A stretch of 64,000 nt of DNA from Nitrosopumilus sp. (GTDB lineage Archaea > Thermoproteota > Nitrososphaeria > Nitrososphaerales > Nitrosopumilaceae): positions 1,408,001 to 1,472,000 of the forward strand of contig OZ244650.1 in the NCBI GenBank assembly GCA_965218785.1, given 5' to 3'. Under the pieces are notes generated by a model. That model saw only the letters and a list, made by a program, of their open reading frames with translations, did no database searches and had not been told where the DNA came from. Both the position numbers and the translations under genes were made by a program. Of the stretch, positions 40,911-50,698 are shown piece after piece. Numbering within the stretch: position 1 is the stretch's first letter; each line of letters opens with the position of its first letter.

Positions 40911-42665
40911 GTGAGTCAATACAATCAAGAATCCCGTGAATCAATATCTTCTGAATTAGCGGCAGGGGCGTTTGCTAAAGCCGGTTTCAAAATTGATTCT
41001 GCCATATGTGAAATCGTAGATAACGCAATAGAAGCAAATGCAAAAAACATCATCATAAGATTTGAATGGACTGAAAAATCCTACACTAAAATACGAAAAA
41101 GAGTGGAGAAATTTATTTTCATTGATGATGGTGAGGGTATGAATGATCGAATAATTTATGATTATTTCATAGCTGCAGAATCTACAAAAAAGAATAACAC
41201 ATCAGGTATTGGAAAATTTGGATTAGGTGCTTATATGTCATGTATAAGTCAGGCAAAATGTGGTGAAGTCTATTCAAAAACAGAAGGCGGTAAATGGATG
41301 TATACGATTTTAAGATTTGGTAAAAAAATCCCAAGACCAGTATTACGAGAACCACCAGAAGAATATAGAAGATATGATCACGGAACAATTGTGATCTGGT
41401 CGGATATAACAAATCCATCATTTAAAGACAAAGATATTGTGGATAAAGAAAAAAACCATCAAGATAATGATCAAGAAGAAGAAGAAGACACAGTAGATTA
41501 TGAACCAAAATTAATTGACGAGTTGGGAAGGATTTATAGAAAATTTATTGGGGATAAAAAAAGCGTACCAGCTAACGATGGCTCAAAGACAATTAATAAT
41601 GAAAATAAAATCAAAATAATTCTAGAATTAGAAGATGAAGATCCTATAGACGTCATGCCTTATGATCCACTGTTTATTTCATATGATCAAAATAATGATA
41701 AACCAAAAATTATTTCTCAACGTGTTAAACTAGATACAGGAGATCAAGTTGGCTGGATGGTAATTACATATTCCTATTATCCGGATAACTGGTTGTATGG
41801 ATATCGACCGGGATTATCACATGAGAATCGAATTATACGTAAAATTACTGAAAGAAATCAGGGAATATCTTTAGTTCGTGAAGGTAGAGAACTATATTTT
41901 GGAAATTGGCCAGGAGGACCAATAAAGATTTTAAATGCAAATCAAAGTCCCAGTAACAATCAACATTTTGATAAAGTAGACAGATGGACAGGAATTGAAA
42001 TTGAATTTACTAGAGAATCTGATGATATTTTTGGTGTAGAATTTAATAAAACACGAATACGAATGGAGCGTTTTGCTAGAAGAAAAATTTCTGAGGCCAT
42101 CAGTCCTACAATAATTAAACGACGAAATTATTTTAAAGAAATACGCGATAAGGAAAAAGCAAAAATAGGTGAAACTAAATCCCAAGGATCTGGAGGTACA
42201 TCACGAATACAACCCACAATCTCTACATCAAAACACGATGATGCTACCAAAAAACGTCTAAGGGAGTTTGCAGAAAGATACAAAGATGCTAGTGAAAAAA
42301 CAGAAGATGTATTCAACGATCTGTTGAAGGGTTTTCACATTAGTTTAAGTCATGATCTTGATTCCAAAGGACCTCTAATTTCGTACGAATCCGAAGCAGA
42401 TAGTGTGTTAGTAAAATACAACATGGCTCATTCATTTATACGTGATTTTTTTGAGATATTAGAAAAAATGGAAAACACCGAACAGGAAGACAATATGTTG
42501 AAGATTCGGGAACATTTTGACATATTGTTGGCATCATATGGTTTTGCAATAAAATCAATTCACGATACTACAAAACAACAAGACATTCAAACCACGATTG
42601 ACTATTTGATTTCAAATTGGGGAGTATCAGCTCGCAGATTATCTAACATGAAACCAGATGAGTGA
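40911..42665 (+). CDS. MORC-like GHKL ATPase
   Basis: N-box 'AICEIVDNAIEA', G1 'IDDGEGM', G2 'GIGKFGLG', G3 'HGTIVIW', and an S5-like region 'GISLVREGREL...IEIEF....DDIFGVEFNK'. Confidence 0.85.
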   Translation: MSQYNQESRESISSELAAGAFAKAGFKIDSAICEIVDNAIEANAKNIIIRFEWTEKSYTKIRKRVEKFIFIDDGEGMNDRIIYDYFIAAESTKKNNTSGIGKFGLGAYMSCISQAKCGEVYSKTEGGKWMYTILRFGKKIPRPVLREPPEEYRRYDHGTIVIWSDITNPSFKDKDIVDKEKNHQDNDQEEEEDTVDYEPKLIDELGRIYRKFIGDKKSVPANDGSKTINNENKIKIILELEDEDPIDVMPYDPLFISYDQNNDKPKIISQRVKLDTGDQVGWMVITYSYYPDNWLYGYRPGLSHENRIIRKITERNQGISLVREGRELYFGNWPGGPIKILNANQSPSNNQHFDKVDRWTGIEIEFTRESDDIFGVEFNKTRIRMERFARRKISEAISPTIIKRRNYFKEIRDKEKAKIGETKSQGSGGTSRIQPTISTSKHDDATKKRLREFAERYKDASEKTEDVFNDLLKGFHISLSHDLDSKGPLISYESEADSVLVKYNMAHSFIRDFFEILEKMENTEQEDNMLKIREHFDILLASYGFAIKSIHDTTKQQDIQTTIDYLISNWGVSARRLSNMKPDE

Positions 42666-44356
42666 CTAATCTGATATTAAACCGCTATCTTCCTCAAATA
42701 CAATTAGAAAAGAGCTTAGATAAAGTTAATTTTGATAATCTAGAGTTTATCTTACAACACTACAAAGATATCCAATCAATTTACACAGAAAAATTGATTT
42801 TAGGTCAAATTCATTTTTCAAAAAATTTGCCGAATTATTTAAAAAAATCATTTCGAAAAAAACTCTATAATTATACAAAATCTACAATAGCTGCACAATG
42901 GGAGCGTTATTTTAAAAAATGTGGAATTACTAAAAATATTTCAAAAATGAATGAAAAAGAATATTCAGATATGATGAAACAATGTATTGAATTTGATTGG
43001 AAGCAAGATGAACAAACAAAATTATTTGTCAATTTTTTCAAATATCCTGAATATATAATCCCAGATGACAAAAAAGAATTAAAAACATCTATAGATGTCT
43101 ATGGTACAAATGCTGAATTTGAGCCTTTGAAAATATTACTTGATTATCAATCGAAGATAGTTTCAAAAACTATGAAAAAAATTGAAAATGTTAATTCTAC
43201 ATGTTTGATACAAATGCCGACAGGAACAGGAAAAACAAGAGTTGCAATGGAAATAGTCTCTCGGATATTTAATAAAACTCCAGACATACAAATAATATGG
43301 TTTGCAAATAAATCTGAATTATTAGAACAAGCCTATGAGTCTTTTATGCATGTGTGGAATCATGTGGGGAGATTTCCAATAAAATCTATTGTGGCGTGGG
43401 GAAAAAAACAAATTCCAAAAATTCCAGATAAACGTGTTATTGTTTTTGCAGGTTATAAAAAAATGAATAATTTTTCAAAATCAAATTTACTAAAACCATC
43501 TTATGTCATTATAGATGAAGCTCATCAAATTTTAGCTCCCACATATGATGATGTATTAAAAAAACTAACAGATAAGAACGCAGCAAGGATACTGGGTCTA
43601 ACAGCCACTCCTGGAAGAGGTATTGATGAGAAGCAAAACCAGTTACTAGTTAAAAAATTTCAGGGCAACATTGTTCAGATTGAATTAGATAGGGATGATG
43701 GAAAAAAATATGAAAAAAATATTATAAAATATTTAGAGCATAACGATATCCTAGCTAAATCAGAATTGAATCCACTTAGAACAGATTTTAAATATCAATT
43801 AACTAGTACCGAATTAGATGCATTGGTAAAAATTATTCAAGGTGACCGACAGGAATTTAGCACTGAAATGCTACAAAAACTAGCAAATAACAATACTAGG
43901 AATATACAAATAATTGATAAATTACACAAATTGGCAAATCATGGTAAAAAAATTCTTTATTTTAGCACTAGTAAAAATCAATCAATTTTAATCCATATAG
44001 TTTTACAACAATTAGGGATTAATTCTGCACATGTAGATGGAGATACAGATTCTGTTTTTAGAAGGCAGATTATTCGAAAATTTAAAGAGACAGATCAAAT
44101 ACAAGTAATTTGTAATTATGATGTATTTAGTACTGGATTTGATGTGCCAAATCTAGATGTCGTGTTTATAGGAAGACCAATTAATTCCCCTGTACTGTTT
44201 AATCAGATGGTTGGGAGAGGAACAAGAGGCATTAGTATGGGTGGAAAAAAATCATTCATACTTGTACAGGTAATTGACAAGTTTAAATCTGCACGGATGT
44301 CATTCTCACCATATGAACAATATGGATATTGGGATGATAATTGGAAAAATAAATAG
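42662..44356 (+). CDS. Superfamily 2 (ResIII/DEAH-like) helicase
   Basis: 'QMPTGTGKT', 'IIDEAH', 'GLTATP', 'STGFDVP', 'QMVGRGTR'; 4-bp overlap with the MORC gene. Confidence 0.9.
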   Translation: MTNLILNRYLPQIQLEKSLDKVNFDNLEFILQHYKDIQSIYTEKLILGQIHFSKNLPNYLKKSFRKKLYNYTKSTIAAQWERYFKKCGITKNISKMNEKEYSDMMKQCIEFDWKQDEQTKLFVNFFKYPEYIIPDDKKELKTSIDVYGTNAEFEPLKILLDYQSKIVSKTMKKIENVNSTCLIQMPTGTGKTRVAMEIVSRIFNKTPDIQIIWFANKSELLEQAYESFMHVWNHVGRFPIKSIVAWGKKQIPKIPDKRVIVFAGYKKMNNFSKSNLLKPSYVIIDEAHQILAPTYDDVLKKLTDKNAARILGLTATPGRGIDEKQNQLLVKKFQGNIVQIELDRDDGKKYEKNIIKYLEHNDILAKSELNPLRTDFKYQLTSTELDALVKIIQGDRQEFSTEMLQKLANNNTRNIQIIDKLHKLANHGKKILYFSTSKNQSILIHIVLQQLGINSAHVDGDTDSVFRRQIIRKFKETDQIQVICNYDVFSTGFDVPNLDVVFIGRPINSPVLFNQMVGRGTRGISMGGKKSFILVQVIDKFKSARMSFSPYEQYGYWDDNWKNK

Positions 44357-44456
44357 CATTACATATTTGACATGATGAAGATGCTTAGTCAAATTCGTCT
44401 GATTCTTACAACATAGACACAATTCAAATATTTTATTGTAGAAAATTTTTTAAATT

Positions 44457-45620
44457 TTACACGTGAATTTTGATCAGGGAATCCACACATGAACAAATCT
44501 CATCTGTTGCTGTTTCGATATCTTCACTGGTATTGAATCTGCCACAACCAATTCGTATAGAAGAATGAGCTTGTTCTTCATCCAATCCAAGTGCAAGCAA
44601 TACGTGGGATGGCTCTACTGTCTGGGTGGTACATGCCGAACCAGCAGAGATGGCAATCTTTTTGGATACTGAATTGATTATTGCCTTGCCGTCTATTCCC
44701 TCAAATCTCACATTGAGATTGTGTGCCAGCCTCTTTGTGGGATGACCGTTAAGCTTGCCACCAGCATCTGATAACTGTTTGAGCATCTCATCAGTCCATT
44801 TTTTGAATTTGACATTCTCTGATCCCATCTCCTTTTGTGCAATCTCTACTGCCTTTGCAAAGCCCACGATTCCGGGAACGTTCAGTGTACCGGGTCGGAG
44901 ATTTCTTTCCTGACCTCCACCATGAATAATGGGTTCCAGTTTTACCCGGGGCATGATACTTCTAACATAGAGCGCACCGATTCCCTTGGGACCGTAAATT
45001 TTGTGTGATGAAAACGACATTAAATCAATGTTCATTTTTTGAACATCAATTGGGATATGACCCACTGCCTGTGCAGCATCAGTATGAAACAGTACATTAC
45101 GCTCGTGTACAATACTTCCAATCCCTGCAATATCCTGTATGGTGCCAATCTCGTTGTTTGTAGACATTATCGAGATCAGGACGGTCTCATCTGTGATTGC
45201 ATTCTTTAACTCTTGCAGATTTACCAGTCCGAATTCATCCACGGGAAGATATGTTACCTGGAATCCTGCCTCTTCAAGATGTCGTGCGGTATCAAGTACT
45301 GCCTTGTGTTCTGTAACACATGTGATCAAATGATTCCCCTTTTTTCTGTTTTTTTCCATTACTCCAATCAACGCCAGATTATCAGATTCTGTGGCACCGG
45401 ATGTAAAGAGTATCTCATCCATGTGTGAGCCTATTACCTTTGCAATTTTTTCCCGAGCCTGCTGCACTGCAACTGACGCATCATATCCTACAGAGTGATC
45501 AAGACTAGATGCATTGCCAAATTTTTCAGTAAAATACGGTGTCATCTCCTCAAATACACGCGGATCCACCGGAGTGGTCGCATGGTAATCAAGGTATATC
45601 GGAAATTTATTTTCTGCCAT
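44457..45620 (-). CDS. dndA: Cysteine desulfurase DndA (IscS-like)
   Basis: 'YLDYHATTP', 'FTSGATE', 'SSHKIYGPKG', 'SAGSAC'; located directly after dndE. Confidence 0.88.
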   Translation of the reverse strand: MAENKFPIYLDYHATTPVDPRVFEEMTPYFTEKFGNASSLDHSVGYDASVAVQQAREKIAKVIGSHMDEILFTSGATESDNLALIGVMEKNRKKGNHLITCVTEHKAVLDTARHLEEAGFQVTYLPVDEFGLVNLQELKNAITDETVLISIMSTNNEIGTIQDIAGIGSIVHERNVLFHTDAAQAVGHIPIDVQKMNIDLMSFSSHKIYGPKGIGALYVRSIMPRVKLEPIIHGGGQERNLRPGTLNVPGIVGFAKAVEIAQKEMGSENVKFKKWTDEMLKQLSDAGGKLNGHPTKRLAHNLNVRFEGIDGKAIINSVSKKIAISAGSACTTQTVEPSHVLLALGLDEEQAHSSIRIGCGRFNTSEDIETATDEICSCVDSLIKIHV

Positions 45621-45716
45621 GTTTTACAACTCTCTTTTTTAATTGATAAACACACTCTAGAACTGAATATTTTTTTGGAATACCACATACCGTATAATCA
45701 ATAATTTTTTGAATCC

Positions 45717-46097
45717 TCATCCCATCCTCTCCTCCCTTACAAGATTGTAAAAATCAGCAAGATTTCTAATTCGCAGCCTCAGTGATATCACCCCGCGATT
45801 CAGATGCGCCCGCAGCATACGATTAAGGTAGATTCCCGGATCAAGCTTGTCATGTTTCAATCTGTTGAGCAAGAGTGCCTCGTAGACTCGTTCATTTTTT
45901 CCAAACAGTACATGTGGTACGATTACCGAGCCGTCCTGATTGTACTCATCAGGATTTGGAATGGATCTCTCCTTGAGTGACAGACATATTGCAAACCTAG
46001 ACAGGGTTTCAGGCTCCAGACCCATCTCTGTTCTCATATCCCCCAGATTCTTCTGACTCCGAGTACTCATTCTCATCGTCTCAAACTTTGATTGCAT
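45717..46097 (-). CDS. dndE: DNA sulfur modification protein DndE
   Basis: 126 aa; 'LSRFAICLSL', 'LFG', 'RAHLNRG'; overlaps dndD. Confidence 0.88.
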   Translation of the reverse strand: MQSKFETMRMSTRSQKNLGDMRTEMGLEPETLSRFAICLSLKERSIPNPDEYNQDGSVIVPHVLFGKNERVYEALLLNRLKHDKLDPGIYLNRMLRAHLNRGVISLRLRIRNLADFYNLVREERMG

Positions 46098-48111
46098 GAC
46101 TCTCCTCCAGTTTAAAGTAACCCTCCTCGATCATGGTTCTGCCTTTCTCCGAGTCGTATCTTAGTATGTACGATTTTGCAATGTGTGGAACCAATTTCTC
46201 ATAGTACCTGTCATTTATCTCAGAATCCGTAGAAAGTATTATGGTCTGGTGCGATGCGGCAGGATAAAAATTCTCTACCATGTTTGTCCTGTGTTCCCTG
46301 TCAAGTCTTGCAAGTGGCGTGTCAATCACAAATGGAAACGCCCTGCCTGAGGTCTTTGCAAGTCCCCACACCAGGGTAGTGACATACATCTGAATCTCAC
46401 CTTCGGACATCATTGTCCTTGTTATCTCCTCGCCATCTTGCTTGTACAGTTTGATCTCAAAAGTTTCAGGATCAATGGTTACACTTTCAATAAAGTCCTT
46501 TTTGTGTAAAAGCATCTTTATCCCGTCTAGTATGTATTTTTGCAAAATCTCAATTTTTTTGCGTCTAAGAACAACAGAGTATTCCTCCAATGTCTCCTGT
46601 ATTGCCGGTCCCAGGTCTACTCCGGCAGTCAGTCTTCTGTCACTGCCTCTCTTGCTTATGTTTTGACGTATTCGTGAATTAAGTAATGTAATCATGGATT
46701 TTTCCTGCGCCTCCAAATTCATCAGATTCTCCAGCTCGCTTTCAAGCTCTCCAAGCTTCCGGTTGGTATGTGCAATTTCAGATAATGCGGGTCCTGCCTC
46801 GTCGTCCTGCGGTGACATTTCAAGACCATTCCTTACAATTTCCAGCTTGTCTAGTATCTTGTTGTGTGACTGTGCAAGCTCTTTAATCCTCGGCTCACAT
46901 GATTCGTTGATCTCATTTATCATATTTTTGATGCGCTCCATCTCTGAGAGAGAAAGATCAAAAGTTGTATTTTGTAAATTATGAATTGTGTCCTTTCGCT
47001 TTTGTAACGTTTGCTCTATCTCTGATACAAACATCGCTTTTGTAGAATCATCACATGAATGAAGAAATGAATCAGACTGTATCGTCTCTAGTATGTCATC
47101 AAATGCCTTTTCAAGAATGTCCCGTTCAAAGTTGTCTTTTATCCTTTTTTCATCCTGTTCTATGTCTAGTCTTAACTCTTCTAGCTGGTCAGGTATGATG
47201 CTCATTGGCAGTGTGTCCGAGCACATCTCCCTGATCTTTTTTTGAACCGTCTCAATCTCTGCCTCCATCTTTGATTTTCTGGCAACAAACTCCTCACGGT
47301 TTTTTGCAAACTCTCCGCCTATCTTTGAGAAACGCTCCTCAAGTACACGGATCTTGTACTGGATGCTAGTTATCTGCGCCTTGATGCTCACCTGTTTTTC
47401 CAGTATTCTCTCCAGCCTGTTATCGGCATTGGTTTTTTCTGCCGTTTGTTGCTGTATCTCTTCAAGAATCTTTTGCGTCTGGCCATCAGAGTTTCTCAAA
47501 AGATACACGCCAATATCATCACGGAGTTGCCTTACCAAATCTAGTCCCAAAAGCACATCAAATGATTCCTGGATGTATTTCTGCTCGTCTCCGGCAGTTG
47601 CAATATCTCTGATGTGCTCGCCATTAATGAAGAAGAGTCTCGCAATTCCAACAGGCATCATCTGGTCGATATATGACTGCCAGCCGGACTTTTCTACGGA
47701 ATCCAGTCGGGTGTACTGTCTCTCTGCATCCTTTTTGTATACTGAAAAATCCTCTTGTATACTGCCATCGATATTTTCCCATGATCTTGCCACGCGATAT
47801 TCTGATATTACTCCCCTGTGGGCAAACTCAAACTCTACTGTAATTGATGCCTCTTGTGCAGGTACATGTACTGATGTAGATCGGTGAATCAGCCTTTGCA
47901 TCTTCTCATCGTACTGTTTCTGTGACATCTTTTGTTCAAATGACTGCCGTCCGTAAAGGCACAGCAATATGGACTCAAACACCGTGGTCTTGCCTGCCCC
48001 GTTTGTACCGCCATACAGCACAACTGGTTTTTTTGGCGCGGTTTTAAAATCAAGTTTGTTGACTCCCCCGTACACTCCAAAGTTATCAAGTGTGACCCTA
48101 GTCAGAAGCAT
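46081..48111 (-). CDS. dndD: DNA sulfur modification SMC-like ATPase DndD
   Basis: 'LDNFGVYGG', Walker A 'GTNGAGKT', 'LFFINGE', coiled coil, 'MSEGE', 'IDTPLARLD..HR', 'ILSTDSE'. Confidence 0.93.
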   Translation of the reverse strand: MLLTRVTLDNFGVYGGVNKLDFKTAPKKPVVLYGGTNGAGKTTVFESILLCLYGRQSFEQKMSQKQYDEKMQRLIHRSTSVHVPAQEASITVEFEFAHRGVISEYRVARSWENIDGSIQEDFSVYKKDAERQYTRLDSVEKSGWQSYIDQMMPVGIARLFFINGEHIRDIATAGDEQKYIQESFDVLLGLDLVRQLRDDIGVYLLRNSDGQTQKILEEIQQQTAEKTNADNRLERILEKQVSIKAQITSIQYKIRVLEERFSKIGGEFAKNREEFVARKSKMEAEIETVQKKIREMCSDTLPMSIIPDQLEELRLDIEQDEKRIKDNFERDILEKAFDDILETIQSDSFLHSCDDSTKAMFVSEIEQTLQKRKDTIHNLQNTTFDLSLSEMERIKNMINEINESCEPRIKELAQSHNKILDKLEIVRNGLEMSPQDDEAGPALSEIAHTNRKLGELESELENLMNLEAQEKSMITLLNSRIRQNISKRGSDRRLTAGVDLGPAIQETLEEYSVVLRRKKIEILQKYILDGIKMLLHKKDFIESVTIDPETFEIKLYKQDGEEITRTMMSEGEIQMYVTTLVWGLAKTSGRAFPFVIDTPLARLDREHRTNMVENFYPAASHQTIILSTDSEINDRYYEKLVPHIAKSYILRYDSEKGRTMIEEGYFKLEESHAIKV

Positions 48112-49534
48112 CTTTTTTCACTCCGTCAAGTTCTACGCGGTCACGTACAAGCTCGCCCATTATTTTGTCTGCATCATCCCTCCATTCCTTTATGAGTTCT
48201 TTTCGTATCTTTCCAAATATTTTAGAGTGTGATGTGGCGCCCTGCATCTCAAATTCTGCGTTAAGCAGGCTGCTTACCAGCCTGTATGGGATGTTGCGTT
48301 TCTTGCAGACTGTTTGTAAAAGCTGTTGTTCCGTGCTGCCAAATCCTCCCATGTCTTCTGAATCTTCTTCGAGTCTTTTTCCTATGACATTCTCATAGAT
48401 TTGATATGCAGAGTTTCTCCAGTCCCCCTGTTCCATGCGCCAAATCCGCTGAATCTCGTGAATCTCCTCGTCTAAGATCAGTGTCATGTTGGGGTCTGGC
48501 CCCTCCTTTTGTATCTTCAACTGTCCGCGCAGCAGTTTTTCCAGATAGTCCTTTCTAAACTCCATCTTGTACGGGCCGGGAACATAGTCGTTACTGTCTT
48601 TTCTAAGCTCGACCTTGCCGTTTCTCCTAGTCATCTCCCGTACATCTTCCCACACATTGGAATCCTGGGTTTTTTTGAGCTCCTCTCGCAACTCTGCAAG
48701 TGTCTCCATCCATTCCTCCCCGTTTTCAATTAAACTGGTAAGTGACTTTTGCTTGTCAACTACGGTACATGTCCAGCATCCGAACCGTCCGCTGCCACAT
48801 GATGGCGTACTTGTATCAACTACCAATGGACATTCTGCTGCATTGGCATCCTGATACAAAGAAAGAAGATCCCGGTTGTTGTCCCCCCACGGATTCTTGT
48901 TTTGTAATAGATAATTCCATACATCTTCGGCAGTAAAGTCCACCAGCGGCGTATACACGTATGTCTGGGCAAATCGCTTGTGATGGGATAGTACACTGTT
49001 TTCAATCTCCAGCATGTTCATGCTTTGTTGTCTGGTGCTGCTCTCGCTTTTTCTTGTTCCCAAAAGCACGATTGCCTCGCCATACTGTGAGACCTTTTCC
49101 TGGATGAATCTGTCTGCATTGGCAATCTTGAGCATGTCAGTGCACCATCGAAACATGGACGTGGGTGCAGGATAGCCAAGACCCAGGATTCTTACCCAGA
49201 ACGTATCTGAGATCTTGGGTCTTAGAAGATTGGTGGATATTGGAAGATGTGAGTTTGTTGTTGCTGCCTTTTCTATCTTATCTAGGCTGGTTGTAATCCT
49301 CTCCACTATCTGTGGGGATTCTACTAGTGTGTCCGAAGATATTATGTATATCTTTTTTTGCAGCTTTTCTGCAGGTAATTTGGATAATGCATGCCATGCA
49401 AGCTGTGCCATGCACGTGGAATCCTTGCCACCGCTGAATCCTATGATCCAGGGCCTGTTGTCGTTGAGATACACCTGGCGGATCTCCTCGTAAATGTCTG
49501 CCAAAGTCCTTTGATCAAAAACAGAATCAGTCAT
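48098..49534 (-). CDS. dndC: DNA phosphorothioation sulfurtransferase DndC (PAPS reductase family)
   Basis: 'PWIIGFSGGKDST', 'DTLVE', 'GYPAP..FRWCT', 'ECPLVVD..TPSCG..RFGCWTC'. Alternative start at 49543. Confidence 0.95.
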   Translation of the reverse strand: MTDSVFDQRTLADIYEEIRQVYLNDNRPWIIGFSGGKDSTCMAQLAWHALSKLPAEKLQKKIYIISSDTLVESPQIVERITTSLDKIEKAATTNSHLPISTNLLRPKISDTFWVRILGLGYPAPTSMFRWCTDMLKIANADRFIQEKVSQYGEAIVLLGTRKSESSTRQQSMNMLEIENSVLSHHKRFAQTYVYTPLVDFTAEDVWNYLLQNKNPWGDNNRDLLSLYQDANAAECPLVVDTSTPSCGSGRFGCWTCTVVDKQKSLTSLIENGEEWMETLAELREELKKTQDSNVWEDVREMTRRNGKVELRKDSNDYVPGPYKMEFRKDYLEKLLRGQLKIQKEGPDPNMTLILDEEIHEIQRIWRMEQGDWRNSAYQIYENVIGKRLEEDSEDMGGFGSTEQQLLQTVCKKRNIPYRLVSSLLNAEFEMQGATSHSKIFGKIRKELIKEWRDDADKIMGELVRDRVELDGVKKDASD

Positions 49535-50630
49535 GGTTTTCAAACTCCTCTCTTTGTGGGGATAATGTAATGCCGCATTTTTTCAGAATTAGATTTGCTG
49601 CACGCTCGATTCCAAGCGCGTGTTTTACCATCTGTCCGTTTAAGATCAGACGCCCGTCCCATTCCGGATTGTCCCTTGACCAGTCGATCTTTTTGAGATT
49701 GACGAGTTTCTTATCCCATCTGTCTGGAAACTCTTCGATGAGAATATTTCCAGCTATTCCTAACGCGTTTAACAGATTGGTGTTTGTATGGACAAATTCT
49801 TTTCTTACCTCGTTTGGTTTTACTTTTCCCTGCATTAGAAGCTGCCACTCCGGCATGTTTGTTGCGACAGTATTCCAGAATTTTTCCACGGTTTCTTTCT
49901 CGGCTTTTGTAATTCTCTTCTTTTTGCGTGTGCCAAATAGACGCATTGTCGCATCGGCAATCCCGTTTAATGTGAATACTGTTTTAGAACGGTTTGAGAT
50001 GGTGGTTTTTTCCAGTTCTACCCTGTCTACAAAGACATCTACAATTCTAACAAGCTCGACGATAAACTGGGAAAATTGATCCCTGTAATCATACAAAATG
50101 TTGAGGGATTTTGTGGGTTTTACTGCATTTTTGTTCAAATCCGAGAACATCTGCTGGCTTCGTTTCAGTCCCGAATCCTGAAAAAATACTACGGATATCA
50201 TCTCGTATCCAAGTTTTGGATTCTCCTTAAGTGCTTCCTCGATTGCCTTTCTTCTGTGTTGTCCATCATTTATCAAAAGTTTGGAATCCATGTTTATGTA
50301 AATACGACCGACCTTGGCGTCTGGTCCAAGGGATGGTACTGGGATAAACTTCATCGCACCGTCAACTGATGCCGTAAGTGAGGAGAATGTATAGTCATCC
50401 GGATTTGACAGGATGTAGTCCTTTATGGCAGGTATTCTTGATTCTCGTAGAGTCCTCTGGGCTCTTAGTTCCGGAGGTAGTTCATAATCATTAAAGATGA
50501 ATAATTTTGGGATTATCTTTAACGGGCATATTGCAACATAAAACTCCCGCCCTGCCTGAATTCCACGTATTGCATCAAATCCGTAAGTCTCACTGCCTAC
50601 AGATTCCTCATTTAACGAGTCATTCGCCAT
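49527..50630 (-). CDS. dndB: DNA sulfur modification protein DndB (DGQHR domain)
   Basis: 'AIRGIQAGREFY', 'RAQRTL', 'INDGQHRR', 'QQMFSDLN'. Confidence 0.93.
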   Translation of the reverse strand: MANDSLNEESVGSETYGFDAIRGIQAGREFYVAICPLKIIPKLFIFNDYELPPELRAQRTLRESRIPAIKDYILSNPDDYTFSSLTASVDGAMKFIPVPSLGPDAKVGRIYINMDSKLLINDGQHRRKAIEEALKENPKLGYEMISVVFFQDSGLKRSQQMFSDLNKNAVKPTKSLNILYDYRDQFSQFIVELVRIVDVFVDRVELEKTTISNRSKTVFTLNGIADATMRLFGTRKKKRITKAEKETVEKFWNTVATNMPEWQLLMQGKVKPNEVRKEFVHTNTNLLNALGIAGNILIEEFPDRWDKKLVNLKKIDWSRDNPEWDGRLILNGQMVKHALGIERAANLILKKCGITLSPQREEFENHD

Positions 50631-50640
50631 GCCTAGAAAT

Positions 50641-50692
50641 AATGGAAGTTTAATAAAAGGATTTGGAAGTATCTAAATACACATTGGAAGTA
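50641..50692 (-). promoter_or_regulatory. dndB promoter with three phased direct repeats (putative operator)
   Basis: TGGAAGT at 50643, 50664 and 50685 (21-bp period). A TATA-like TTTTATTAAA lies on the minus strand at 50649-50658. Confidence 0.6.
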
Positions 50693-50698
50693 TGTATT

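Noticed and set aside
38562-44356. Canonical PbeABCD or DndFGH restriction module
   Set aside because: Gene sizes and motifs do not match. There is no AAA/SMC-type PbeC or DndH-like ATPase; the ATPases are GHKL and SF2. The PLD protein is short and not in a four-gene pbe operon. An HMM search is needed for a firm exclusion.
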